The notes under the pieces were generated by a model. It made no database searches, was not told the origin of the DNA, and worked only from the letters and a program-made list of their open reading frames with translations. From a virus (Duplodnaviria > Caudoviricetes): a stretch of 40,537 bases of DNA. Position 1 is the stretch's first letter. Every line of letters begins with the position of its first letter. The translations under genes were made by a program, and so were the position numbers. Positions 25,653-35,212 of this stretch are shown one piece after another. The stretch lies in the IMG/VR virus record IMGVR_UViG_3300044606_000221, positions 1 to 40,537 of that record, one strand, 5' to 3'.

Positions 25653-27772
25653 ACCGCGACCAACGATTCCTTGAATTCCCGGATCAGCTTCGACGCCTGC
25701 ATCTTCGTCAGCAGCTCCGGCGCGGCGACGCCGTTCTTCCGGAGAAACCACTTCTGCTTCTCCGTCGCCGGTTCGCCCAACCGCTGGTCTATCAGCTTCG
25801 ATGCCTCGCCGGCCGTGATGTCCGGATCGTATTCGATTCCGGCCCGCCTCAGGAAATCGATCTGCTTTTCCGTCGCCCGGTTCTTCCTCCAGGGGGCCGC
25901 CTTCTTCGAAAGGGATGACCTCCCGTACTGCCGACAATAGTCCTCGCACACGCCCATCGCGTACCCGAGCGGAATCGGCTCCTCCGAAAGCGGGGTCGTC
26001 TCTCCCTCCGGATGGAAGACCAACGGAACGTATCCGTCGCTCGATTTCTTCGCGAAGACGAACGATCCGTCGCCGATCGCGAGCCTGAAGTGCTCTCCGA
26101 TCGCGGCCCACACGAACTTGCTTCGCTCGAACAGGTCGAACTCAGCGGACACCGCATGGAGCTTCGTCGACCGGTCGATCTGCTGCTCTTCGTGCTCCAC
26201 CCTGTCGTACGCCTCACCGAGCGTCTCCCCATTCTTCGGAACGATCCGGGGATCTCCCGCCAGAGTCGCCAAATTGCAGAGTTTATGTCGTCCGGCCGTA
26301 TCGACGAAGTCGATGACGACGCAATCCTGCTTCATCGGAGCCGTTCGCAGTCCCCGCCCGACCATCTGCGTGTACAGGACCGCGCTCTTCGTGGGCCGCG
26401 CGAGCATGATCGCCGACGTATTCGGCGCGTCCCACCCTTCCGTCAGGACATTGCAGTTTGTCACGACGTTCAGCGGTCCCGAATCGAACTCCGACAGGAT
26501 CCTCGAGCGATCGTCTCTGTCCATGTCGCCGTACACCGCTTCCGCTCCGATCCCCTCCGACCGGAAGGCATCCGCCATATCCCGCGAATGCTTCACGTCG
26601 CAGCAAAAGACCACCGCCTTCCGGCCCTTCGCGTGCTCCAGATACCCTTTCGCGACGAGTTCGTTGCGCGCCGGGATGTTGATGATGTCCGACAGTTCGT
26701 TCAGCGCGAAATCTCCTGCCCGCGTATGCACCGAAGAAAGATCCGACTTCGTCGAAACCGATATCCCCCTCGCGTCGCACAGATACCCCGCCCGGATCAT
26801 CGTCGTGATGGATCGTTCGTACACGACCTCCTCGAATACCGCGGAAAGCCCGACCCCGTCGCCCCGGTATCCCGTCGCCGTCACACCAACGAGAAGCTTC
26901 TCCGGATCGCCGGACATGAACCCGAGTTCCGACATAAGCCGGTAATAACTCTCCGCCGTCGCGTGATGACAGTTATGGACTAGAATTCCGTCGGCGAAGT
27001 AGTTGTTATTTCCTTCAACTTCGAGGTTATAGACGAAATCGTTTCCGAAGTTTTCTCCACGATCTCCTTGTTCGAAAACCTCAATACGGTCCACCCGAAG
27101 GAATTCAAAAAGGTTTCGATTTTCTTTCCGCACAGGTGACATGTGTACGACGTGATCGCCTGCACCGATATTTCGGCATGCAACGTACTCGCTCCTTTCG
27201 TAAACGAATATCGGATGCTCTTCAGTGCATACGAGATGCGTTCCGTCGGAAAGGGTCACTTTTACGAGGGGGCGCATCGGCTGCTTAAAAACGCGCACCA
27301 CCTTCCTTTTTTCAAGCGTTTGTTCCTTGTGATCGAAAGAAAAGACTTCGTCTCCCACATCGATCGCTTCTATAGGCATGTCATCGACGAGCGTGCCGGC
27401 AGGGAAACACTCGTCGACGACCATCAGCTTGAAGTCCCTGTCCTTGAGCGCCCGCATCCGCCGTTCCGTCGCGGCCGTCTGAACCGAAGCCACGCACACC
27501 CGGGACGTCAAACCGTCCATCCGCTCCGCCTGAAGAATCCCAACGTCGGCTTCCGGCCAGACCATCCGGATCTTCGTCCTCGCCTGATTCAGCAACTCCT
27601 CCCGATGCGCGAGAACGATCGTCGGGACGTCCATCTCCCTGGCGAGCATTCCGAAGACGAGCGTTTTTCCCGCACCTGTCGGAAGCACCTCCAACTGCCG
27701 CGTGACGCCCCGTTTGCGCGCTTCGAGAACCGCCTTCACCGCCTCTTTCTGGTACGGTCTCGGCTCTATCAT
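25649..27772 (-). CDS. Superfamily 2 DExH helicase containing an intein
   Basis: PTGAGKT, AHREEL, DE-[intein]-CHH, TAT, LTEGWD, QMVGRGLR; C-terminal ATEKQ repeats. Confidence 0.93.
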   Translation of the reverse strand: MIEPRPYQKEAVKAVLEARKRGVTRQLEVLPTGAGKTLVFGMLAREMDVPTIVLAHREELLNQARTKIRMVWPEADVGILQAERMDGLTSRVCVASVQTAATERRMRALKDRDFKLMVVDECFPAGTLVDDMPIEAIDVGDEVFSFDHKEQTLEKRKVVRVFKQPMRPLVKVTLSDGTHLVCTEEHPIFVYERSEYVACRNIGAGDHVVHMSPVRKENRNLFEFLRVDRIEVFEQGDRGENFGNDFVYNLEVEGNNNYFADGILVHNCHHATAESYYRLMSELGFMSGDPEKLLVGVTATGYRGDGVGLSAVFEEVVYERSITTMIRAGYLCDARGISVSTKSDLSSVHTRAGDFALNELSDIINIPARNELVAKGYLEHAKGRKAVVFCCDVKHSRDMADAFRSEGIGAEAVYGDMDRDDRSRILSEFDSGPLNVVTNCNVLTEGWDAPNTSAIMLARPTKSAVLYTQMVGRGLRTAPMKQDCVVIDFVDTAGRHKLCNLATLAGDPRIVPKNGETLGEAYDRVEHEEQQIDRSTKLHAVSAEFDLFERSKFVWAAIGEHFRLAIGDGSFVFAKKSSDGYVPLVFHPEGETTPLSEEPIPLGYAMGVCEDYCRQYGRSSLSKKAAPWRKNRATEKQIDFLRRAGIEYDPDITAGEASKLIDQRLGEPATEKQKWFLRKNGVAAPELLTKMQASKLIREFKESLVAV
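26972..27409 (-). mobile_element. Mini-intein (146 aa) inserted in the DECH box
   Basis: Starts CFPAGT, block B TEEHP, block F VYNLEVEGNNNYFADG, ends VHN followed by a +1 Cys. Confidence 0.93.
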
Positions 27773-28152
27773 CTTTTCGAAGACCTCCTGTCACGTTCTC
27801 CGTTTCCGACACCGGAGCCCCAGAAGCCGCTCGGCGTCTCGACGCACAATCCGGAGGGCCCTTCCCCGTCCACCCAGATCGGCGACCATTTTTCACAGAA
27901 GACGCACCCGTGGCATCGCCCGTCCTCAAGCAGCGCCGGACAGGCGATTCGGATTTTCCTGACCGCCCGCCGGAAGGATTCGTCCTTGTGCGTTCCCGCG
28001 GCGAGAGCCAGCATCACCGGCCTGTACCGCTTCATATCCTCGACGAGGGAGACGGCCTCTTCCGGAGGCGTCGCCTTCACCTTTCCGTCCGCTCTAAGCG
28101 AAAGCGTTACCTTCCGCTCCCAAAGGACGCGTACCAGTTCATGGCATTTCAT
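27769..28152 (-). CDS. Hypothetical protein
   Basis: 127-aa ORF coupled to the helicase by an overlapping stop/start; Cys cluster. Confidence 0.6.
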   Translation of the reverse strand: MKCHELVRVLWERKVTLSLRADGKVKATPPEEAVSLVEDMKRYRPVMLALAAGTHKDESFRRAVRKIRIACPALLEDGRCHGCVFCEKWSPIWVDGEGPSGLCVETPSGFWGSGVGNGERDRRSSKR

Positions 28153-28194
28153 TCGGAGGGCCTCATGCGAACATCCTCATGCATCGCAGCTTCC

Positions 28195-30498
28195 TCACTC
28201 GTCCTGAATCGCGGCCCGCTCGTCGGGATCGTCGTCGAAATTGATCAGGATGGCTTTTTCTTCATCTGCGGGTAGTGCGTGCTCTGCGGGGAGTGTCCCC
28301 CCCGGCTCTATATCAGATATATAATTAATTCCCTTATACGTTCTTTGTATTTCCGAATTATTTTTTTCTGTATAGACCCCGGTAGAGCAACTACCCGCAG
28401 AGCACGCACTACCCGCAGGTAGTACCGAACATAAAGACCATCTCTGCATCTTTTTGTGAGTATCCGGTATAGCGGCTTTTAATTGCACCAACCCTTGCGG
28501 CGTATCGAATATCTGGTCTTTTCTTCTTCGAAGCGCAAGACCTAGCCTTTTCGAAAATCCTCGGTCTTTGGGGTCTCCGAGTGATTCGGGAACGGTAATT
28601 ATTTTTCGCGGTCTCCAAAATTCGCCGCCTTCGTGTTGATTTTCGGTTAAATCACCGCAAGCCCGCTTCACAAGCTGGCTCACAGTGAATGGAGGCGTAG
28701 AGCGTTCAGAAAACTCTAGATTGTTATTTTTTCGCTTTGCTAAAAAATTACTACCCGTAGGGGTATTGTCTTTACTTGAAAATTGGTACCCCATATCGGT
28801 ATTTTCTTCCTCCAGAAATCCCTCGAAAATGTCTCCTATGAATTCGCTCCACTGGGCGGGTTCGTCGTCCGACTGCTCGTAGAGGTCTTCGAGGTTCTTC
28901 AAGAACTGCGTGCATCCGCAGAATTCCAGAATGCCGCCCACCACCTTCGACCACTTCTCGTAGCTGCCCAGAGGACGCCCGCTCCACTCCGGCTTCCCCG
29001 CCAGAAACCACGCCCTCGCCATCGTCAGCAGCGCAGCGACGATCTCGGCACGGTGCTCGAAAGCCCATCCGGGCAGCTCGCGTTTGAAGCCCCTCGGATC
29101 GCGCGTCCACGGCCTGGCCATGTTCGCGTTCAGCCGAATCCAGTACGACCGTCTCGGGATGTCTCCGCCCAGACGGATGTTGTTCCCCGTCGCGATCCAC
29201 ATCGCCCGTGCGTAGAGCCGCAAAGTCTCCGACCTTCCGAGAAGCCTGTCCGACCACTCCGAGGATGTGAGTACCGCCGCGAGCTGCGGAGAGGAAAGAG
29301 TCTTCTCCACGTTGTCTATGATCACCACGGGGCGATCCGCAAGCAGCGTCGAAGTGATCTGCTTCCGCCACTCCTCGTCGTCGCGCACCTCCGTCGATAC
29401 CGGCAGCTCGCGCCCAGTCGCCACGATGGAGACAAGCTGCGCCAGCTTTCCTTTTCCGGTTCCCTGCGTCGGGGCGTCGATCAGCGCCATCGGCGCCAGC
29501 CCGACGTACTCCTTCACAACCGCCGTCAGCAGCATCCCGATCGAGTTGTCCCGGGAACAGTCGTCCTGCAGCGGAAAGTCGGAAAGAATGTCGATGACAA
29601 ACCTCGCAGCGTCCTGACCGTCCTGCCTTGTCGGATGCGTTTTGATCGACGGCACCGGCCCGCTCGGGACGAAATACAGTCCGCTCGCCCGGTCGTATCC
29701 GGGAGTATCAAGTATCGTCCCATCCTCCCGAAGCACCGGGATTTCGACGACCCCATGAAGAGGCGGGAACGGCCATCGTCCCCTGTTCACCACAGCGCGC
29801 GCCAGATCGGCGGGCGGAAATACGCCCGTTACCATTTCACCGGTGGTCCGCACGAAATTCGCCGCCCGCGTCAATATGGTCGGAATGGCCTCGCTGGTCA
29901 GTGTGTCGATCTTCGGATTGCCTTTCGAATCCTCCGTGATCCGGACAAGGCGATCTCCCCGAACGTACACCAGCGGGTTCTCCTTCCCAGCCGCCATGAC
30001 CGCGTCGAGGCATTCGTCCTCCACGTCGCGCAACTGCCTGTCTCCAAGTTCTATAGTGGGTAATCCCGTGTCCTGAGAGATCGCGAAGATGTCTTCCTCG
30101 ATCTCCTCCCGCGACCTCTTCGCCTTCTTTTTCCGCTGCGAAGCGTCGTAGTTTCCATGCGGGTCGACCTTTTCCCGCAGCTCCTTCCATCCGTACGCCT
30201 GACAGCTGTTGTGGAAGCACTTGAACCCCAGCGCCCCGCTCGATTGCTGGATGATCATGGAATCCGGAGCCTTGTGCGCCCCGTCGAAAGGGCACTCCGA
30301 AAGCTCGTAGATCAATGCGCCGTTCCACGTTTTTTCACGAACCACCTCTATCCCGGGAAGGTGCTCCTGAATCCACCGGGGTACGTCGAGTGCGTCCCCC
30401 TTTCGCGGCCTTCCTATCGGGCGCGGCTCCTCCTCCTGATACAGTTCCGCGAGAGAATAGACCGCGTCCGCGGAGACGATGCTTGAAGCCGCCATCAT
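28195..30498 (-). CDS. Primase-associated Zn-finger plus P-loop helicase protein
   Basis: CPF..H...FKCFHNSC Zn motif; APTQGTGKGKL Walker A; IIDNV Walker B; ATGNN. Confidence 0.8.
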   Translation of the reverse strand: MMAASSIVSADAVYSLAELYQEEEPRPIGRPRKGDALDVPRWIQEHLPGIEVVREKTWNGALIYELSECPFDGAHKAPDSMIIQQSSGALGFKCFHNSCQAYGWKELREKVDPHGNYDASQRKKKAKRSREEIEEDIFAISQDTGLPTIELGDRQLRDVEDECLDAVMAAGKENPLVYVRGDRLVRITEDSKGNPKIDTLTSEAIPTILTRAANFVRTTGEMVTGVFPPADLARAVVNRGRWPFPPLHGVVEIPVLREDGTILDTPGYDRASGLYFVPSGPVPSIKTHPTRQDGQDAARFVIDILSDFPLQDDCSRDNSIGMLLTAVVKEYVGLAPMALIDAPTQGTGKGKLAQLVSIVATGRELPVSTEVRDDEEWRKQITSTLLADRPVVIIDNVEKTLSSPQLAAVLTSSEWSDRLLGRSETLRLYARAMWIATGNNIRLGGDIPRRSYWIRLNANMARPWTRDPRGFKRELPGWAFEHRAEIVAALLTMARAWFLAGKPEWSGRPLGSYEKWSKVVGGILEFCGCTQFLKNLEDLYEQSDDEPAQWSEFIGDIFEGFLEEENTDMGYQFSSKDNTPTGSNFLAKRKNNNLEFSERSTPPFTVSQLVKRACGDLTENQHEGGEFWRPRKIITVPESLGDPKDRGFSKRLGLALRRRKDQIFDTPQGLVQLKAAIPDTHKKMQRWSLCSVLPAGSACSAGSCSTGVYTEKNNSEIQRTYKGINYISDIEPGGTLPAEHALPADEEKAILINFDDDPDERAAIQDE
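28266..28418. repeat. Perfect 25-bp inverted repeat flanking an AT-rich core; candidate replication origin
   Basis: ctgcgggtagtgcgtgctctgcggg (28266-28290) is the exact reverse complement of cccgcagagcacgcactacccgcag (28394-28418). Confidence 0.85.
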
Positions 30499-31187
30499 GA
30501 AACCCCTTTTACCAGAACGGCCCGCCTGTGCGGTCGCTCCCCCGTGTCGTCGCCCTTCCGGACCATCGTCCCGTACACCTTAGAAATTCTCGACGCATTG
30601 AAAACGGACGTGTCGACTTTGACCGCATCGTCGTCGAAGAGCGCCGCCAGAACATGCAGCACACGCTTCACCGCGGTCGTCGACCGGTCGTCGTTCGGGA
30701 GGTCGATCTTGTAAAGAAGGTGGTATCCGTTCCCGGACATCCCAACGAGGGGCACCGTCCATCCGCGCTCCCGGAAGAGAAACCCTGCGGCCCGAAGAGC
30801 GCACTCCTTCGCCCTGGCGACTTCGTCGTCCGTCGAAGACACCCCCGTCGGCCGGTTCGCGCAGTCGATGTCCACAAGAAGCAACTTTCGCCGGATGATC
30901 TCCTTGTCGCTCGTCGTGGACTGGCGTTTGCTCACGCGCTCCCGCATCTTGTTCTTCGCCCTGTGGAGGCAGTCCGGATGCACAGGATTCAGCGTCCAGT
31001 AGATGCCCTGCGTCGTCGTGTTGCGGTCCCAGTGCGCGGCCGCTTCCGCAAGAGCATCGAAATTGTCGTAGTACCCGCTGTGGATGTACCCGTTCTGCAT
31101 GATCACCCGCAGCTCCGTCACCTGCCCCTCGTCGAAGAGGGCTTCGGCGGAGGCTTTTACGTGCGATCTCACCTCTTCGACAGTCAT
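30495..31187 (-). CDS. AEP-family primase-polymerase domain protein
   Basis: From ATG 31187; YWTLNP, LLVDID, SGNGYH, VDTSVFNASRISKVYGT. Confidence 0.82.
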   Translation of the reverse strand: MTVEEVRSHVKASAEALFDEGQVTELRVIMQNGYIHSGYYDNFDALAEAAAHWDRNTTTQGIYWTLNPVHPDCLHRAKNKMRERVSKRQSTTSDKEIIRRKLLLVDIDCANRPTGVSSTDDEVARAKECALRAAGFLFRERGWTVPLVGMSGNGYHLLYKIDLPNDDRSTTAVKRVLHVLAALFDDDAVKVDTSVFNASRISKVYGTMVRKGDDTGERPHRRAVLVKGVS

Positions 31188-31192
31188 CTCGG

Positions 31193-31402
31193 TCACCCCT
31201 TCGGCTTGAAGCAGTACACCTTGATCGAATCCGAACCCTCCTTCGGAGTAATACCCGCCGGATTGAAGGTGCGCTTCAACAGAATGAACGGCCCTTTGTC
31301 GTCGGTGAAAACGGCGCCGACGCTCTCGTATCTGCCCTTCGTCTGGCCGTCCTTCTCGTACTCGCCGGTCTTCACGCAGAGGTCGTATTTCTTGCTGGCC
31401 AT
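31193..31402 (-). CDS. Small putative ssDNA-binding protein
   Basis: KYDLCVKTGEYEKDGQTKGRY..VG..F pattern; located in the replication module. Confidence 0.55.
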   Translation of the reverse strand: MASKKYDLCVKTGEYEKDGQTKGRYESVGAVFTDDKGPFILLKRTFNPAGITPKEGSDSIKVYCFKPKG

Positions 31403-31524
31403 TGGTTCGCCTCAGTCGTCGGGGAAGATGAGTTGTGATTTGCAATGTGCTCCATCGTCAACATCCTTTCTGCAGCGCGAGGAGAGCTTCCGCCCTCCTC
31501 GCTTTCGAAACATTTCGGAGCGGA

Positions 31525-32793
31525 TCACACCGCCTCCGCATCTTTCACCGCGCCGTCCTCGATCACAACGCCGACCCGGCCGGATTCGTCCACGCGCTCG
31601 ATCCAAATCTGCATGTCGTGCTCCTTCGCCAGGCGCTCCACTTCGGCCATCGACGCGGAGTCGAGCAGCGAGCCGTCCGAAACCCTGATCACCCGAATTT
31701 CGGGGTTCAACGCCGCGGCGATCGCGATGGAAATTCGCATTTGCTCCGCAGCCGAGCACTGGAGGAACGGCACCCCTTTGAACGTCACGCCTTCCGCATC
31801 GAACGCCAGACCCTCGACGGGGAACTTCGCCCTCTTGAAAGCCTCTTCCTTCGCCCGGTCGAGATCGTCGATCTTCCCGGTCAGAGCCTCCGATTCCTTC
31901 CGCTTCGCAGCGACGGCCGCACTCGTCTCCCTGTGCTCCTTCGCGGCCCTCACGGCGGCGTTGGTGGTCTCCATGTCCTGAATCCTCTTCGACAGATTTT
32001 CCGTATCGGGAGCGACGAAGGCGGCCACAGCTTCGGCCTGCGCCTTACCCCGCGCGGCGAGATCGGTCAGCTCGGTCTCTTTCGAAGCCAGTTCGGCACG
32101 CAGACGTTCTATGTCCGCCTTCAGCGAGGCGGCCCGCTTCCGCATATCTTCGAGCTGCCTTCGCTCCGCGTCCTGAAACGCTTGTATCTCGTTCGCCTTC
32201 TTCAGATCCGCAAGAAGGACCGACAGATTCTCCTCCTCTTCCGGAATACCGGGCACGGGCGCCTTCATCGAAGAGAGTTTCGCCTCCAGACGCTTCAGCT
32301 CGCGGTTCACCTCGGTACGTTCGTCGTAGGCGTCCTGACGCAGCGAGTCGATCTTCTCTGGGTCGATATCCAGCCGGACAAGGTCCGTCAGCGCCTTCCG
32401 CTGATCCTTCGCAGGCATGCGGGAAAAAGCGAGAGGGTCGAAGGAGAGGGAGCCGACCAGCGTATCCAGCAGCGCCTGCGGCGAAGAGAACTTCTTCCCG
32501 TCGGCCCCTTCGACCGTCAGCGTCGTCCCTCCCGAGGATGTCCATTTTCGCGTGACGACGATCTCTCCGAGATCCAACCGGACCACGGCGTCCTTTTCGC
32601 CGTCCTTCACCGGACGCGTCGTCGCGCTGGACTTCGCAGCGTTGCCGCCTCCGAGAGCAAGCCATATCGCGTCAAGCACGCTGCTCTTCCCGGCGCCGTT
32701 CCTGCCGGAAACCACCACCACACCGTCGCCCGGAGTAATTTCAACGGCGGAGAGCCGTTTGAACCTCTCCGCCCGGAACTCGACTATCTTCAT
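31525..32793 (-). CDS. SMC/Rad50-like ATPase
   Basis: FKRL, GRNGAGKSSVLDAI, long coiled coil, SAAEQ signature, DGSLLD. Confidence 0.88.
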   Translation of the reverse strand: MKIVEFRAERFKRLSAVEITPGDGVVVVSGRNGAGKSSVLDAIWLALGGGNAAKSSATTRPVKDGEKDAVVRLDLGEIVVTRKWTSSGGTTLTVEGADGKKFSSPQALLDTLVGSLSFDPLAFSRMPAKDQRKALTDLVRLDIDPEKIDSLRQDAYDERTEVNRELKRLEAKLSSMKAPVPGIPEEEENLSVLLADLKKANEIQAFQDAERRQLEDMRKRAASLKADIERLRAELASKETELTDLAARGKAQAEAVAAFVAPDTENLSKRIQDMETTNAAVRAAKEHRETSAAVAAKRKESEALTGKIDDLDRAKEEAFKRAKFPVEGLAFDAEGVTFKGVPFLQCSAAEQMRISIAIAAALNPEIRVIRVSDGSLLDSASMAEVERLAKEHDMQIWIERVDESGRVGVVIEDGAVKDAEAV

Positions 32794-32806
32794 ATTCCCG
32801 CCCTCC

Positions 32807-33856
32807 TCAGAACGTCACGTCAGCAGTATCGTGTTTCTCGCGCGTCTCGTGATTTTCGTGCTTCTCTTCCGAAGCCGAAACCGGAGCGTCGAAGTCGAAG
32901 TCGGCTCCTCCGAAATCGGGCTCCTGCGGCGCGCTCGCCTGTGTTTTCGCCGCTTCTTCCTCGGCCCGCCGTTCCAGATCCTTGTTCAGCGCCTCGATAT
33001 CGCGCATCGTCCAGTCGACCGATCCGCGCCCCTCCGTGATCTTCTTGATCGCGTTAATAGCGTGGTTTTTATTCCCGAGCAGCTTCAGGTACCTGTTCCA
33101 AAGCGCTCCCTTCGTCTGCATCGAGGGAATCGCGTCCGATTCCTCCTCTCTCTCCGCTTCCGACTCGTCGAACTCCGCGTCGACGACTTCTGGGTTGGGC
33201 GAAGGTTCAGGAGCAGGCGAAGGCACAGTCGTCGCCTGCTCCGCCAATAGTTCGGTCGCCAGAGAGGAACTCGTCTCCTGACGCACATCGCGCGGATCGA
33301 CGTCGATCACCTCGTCCGTCGTCTGAAGCCCGCACACCAAGTCATAGGCGTACAGCCGGGCGAAAAAGGCAGCGGCGCGATACCTAAGCATGATGTCTGG
33401 CATTGTCTTCCACTTCGAACCGTTGCGGCCATACCACCCTTCCGCCTTCGCCATTGCGATATCCACCCGCGGACCCTCTACCCGCTCGCCGGTGCACTTC
33501 AGTGTGGTCCACACCGCGCATCCCCGCCCGTCGCCCGTGCCGTTGATCTCGAAGTGCAGGGGCTCGAACTTGCCGGACTGGTCGATCATGGCGATGAGGA
33601 AGGGCGAAGCCCACGAAGGGCGGCCCTGGATGACGTGCAGATTTTGCATGACCATGAAGGGTGAAATCCCGATCCGGTTTGACAGCTCCATGGCCACGAT
33701 CACGTTGGGAATATTTTTCTCCCCCTGGTACTGGACCGGGACCATCGAGCTGGATGCCATGACCTTGGCCACCTGGATGGCCTTCCCGAGATCTCCGCCC
33801 ACCTGGAAGATGGAAATATCCCTGGGCTCAGTCGTCGCAATCGCGTTCTGTTCCAT
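32807..33856 (-). CDS. RecT-like single-strand annealing protein
   Basis: SSMVP..YQG, SPFMVMQNLHVIQGRPSW, SKWKTMPDIMLRYRAAAFFARLY; acidic tail; adjacent to the exonuclease. Confidence 0.82.
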   Translation of the reverse strand: MEQNAIATTEPRDISIFQVGGDLGKAIQVAKVMASSSMVPVQYQGEKNIPNVIVAMELSNRIGISPFMVMQNLHVIQGRPSWASPFLIAMIDQSGKFEPLHFEINGTGDGRGCAVWTTLKCTGERVEGPRVDIAMAKAEGWYGRNGSKWKTMPDIMLRYRAAAFFARLYAYDLVCGLQTTDEVIDVDPRDVRQETSSSLATELLAEQATTVPSPAPEPSPNPEVVDAEFDESEAEREEESDAIPSMQTKGALWNRYLKLLGNKNHAINAIKKITEGRGSVDWTMRDIEALNKDLERRAEEEAAKTQASAPQEPDFGGADFDFDAPVSASEEKHENHETREKHDTADVTF

Positions 33857-33869
33857 TCCTATCCCTCCC

Positions 33870-34682
33870 TTACGCCGCCCACCGGGGTGGCATCAGCTTC
33901 TGAATCTCCACCGGGTACGCGGGCCAGACCCCGGAGTCCATGCACTCCTTGTAGACGCAAAGGTTGCGGAAATACTCCTCGCGGCCGGCGTTCAACATTT
34001 CGATAGAGGCCTCGTAGACAGCCACAGCATACGGAGCCTCCTTCTCCACAGCGATGAAGAGGAACGCGTGCGGAGCATGCCCAAAGGCGGAAGTGCACCC
34101 GTCCCAGTAGTACGCGGACTGGACGTAATACCGGAAATTCCAGGCGGACCGCTCGAAGGCGGCGGGCCGCGCGTCCTCTGTGGATTTCAGGTCCACGACC
34201 ACATACCGCCCGTCCGTCAGATCCTTGACGAAATCCGGGCGGCACTTCGACAAAACACCATCGACCACGGAGGATTCCCAGTAGATCGACTGCTCCGCTT
34301 TGCCTCTCGTGACCAGCGACCGGGCCAGCGGGTGAGCCGCCACCGCCTCCGCCATACCCCGAACCGTTTCCATCACGTCGGGTTTGAGGATTTCCTTCCC
34401 GTTCGCCTCGTACTCGAATTCCGCCCATGCCTCTTTTCCGGCCTTCGTGCGCCGGTCGATCCCCTCCGGGGCGACGCAGTACCGGGCCTCGAATTCCCCC
34501 GGCTCCAAGACGGCGGTGTGAAAGGCCGAACCCAAGAGCATTGCCGGGTTCGGCTCATGCGGAGCCGCCTTGTACGCCATGTAATGCGCCGGACTGCGGG
34601 CGATCTGGTCGAGGTCAGATTTGCTTACACCAGGCCCTTCGTGGTACTCACGATTCGTGAGGTTCTCTATCCTTGCCATCAT
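33870..34682 (-). CDS. RecE-like PD-(D/E)XK exonuclease
   Basis: EYH..PGVSKSDL, GSAFHTAVLEP, KCRPD, VDLKST, Y.VQSAYY. Confidence 0.9.
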   Translation of the reverse strand: MMARIENLTNREYHEGPGVSKSDLDQIARSPAHYMAYKAAPHEPNPAMLLGSAFHTAVLEPGEFEARYCVAPEGIDRRTKAGKEAWAEFEYEANGKEILKPDVMETVRGMAEAVAAHPLARSLVTRGKAEQSIYWESSVVDGVLSKCRPDFVKDLTDGRYVVVDLKSTEDARPAAFERSAWNFRYYVQSAYYWDGCTSAFGHAPHAFLFIAVEKEAPYAVAVYEASIEMLNAGREEYFRNLCVYKECMDSGVWPAYPVEIQKLMPPRWAA

Positions 34683-34744
34683 TTCCGCCCCTTTCGTGCT
34701 ACAATAGGGGCCGGAGGCTGCCACCTCCGGCACTTTTGCCCTTG

Positions 34745-34768
34745 CCCGGCCTCGAGGCCGGGTTTTTT
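34745..34768 (+). terminator. Terminator-like hairpin on the plus (antisense) strand
   Basis: CCCGGCC-TCGA-GGCCGGG-TTTTTT. Confidence 0.6.
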
Positions 34769-34930
34769 CATTCCTCCGCCGACACTCCGAGCTGATACCC
34801 CCGCTTGTATGCGCAAAAAAGCCCGTTCACCTCTCCATTCTGGTAGAAACAATCTTTCCCCCACAGCGCTTCCATCTCTCTGTCTTTGCGCCCGTAGGGG
34901 AAGTCCTGTTCGAACTGCTCCATCAGCTCT

Positions 34931-35212
34931 CTAATTGTCATTTCCTGTCACCTCTCCGAGCCTCGTCGCCAGCTCCACCGAAATGACACTTCGGAGATTC
35001 GTCCGCTCCCACTCGTCCCCGTCGCACGCCTTTTCAATCATGAGGGTCGCAATTCTTCCGCGATCCCGCCGGGCGAGGGAGAAGATGGAGAACTCCTCCG
35101 GCCTGTACGGCCCGGACACGCCCCCGGCCCTCGCGACTGCGGACACTTCCGGAGAAGGGGTCACGGGGAAGATCCTGTTCCAGATACGACGAACCGCCGC
35201 AAGCAAATTCAT
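34931..35212 (-). CDS. Hypothetical early protein
   Basis: MNLLAAVRRIW... from ATG 35212 after AAGGAGG. Confidence 0.6.
   Translation of the reverse strand: MNLLAAVRRIWNRIFPVTPSPEVSAVARAGGVSGPYRPEEFSIFSLARRDRGRIATLMIEKACDGDEWERTNLRSVISVELATRLGEVTGNDN

Noticed and set aside
31412-31528. Possible 38-aa ORF between the ATPase and the small SSB-like gene
   Set aside because: Only a GTGA overlap supports it; too short and motif-free to call
2023-34934. Many long plus-strand ORFs (e.g. 9370-12726, 6052-8394, 17458-19770, 19046-21112)
   Set aside because: Antisense shadows of GC-rich minus-strand genes; Arg/Pro-rich with no recognisable motifs
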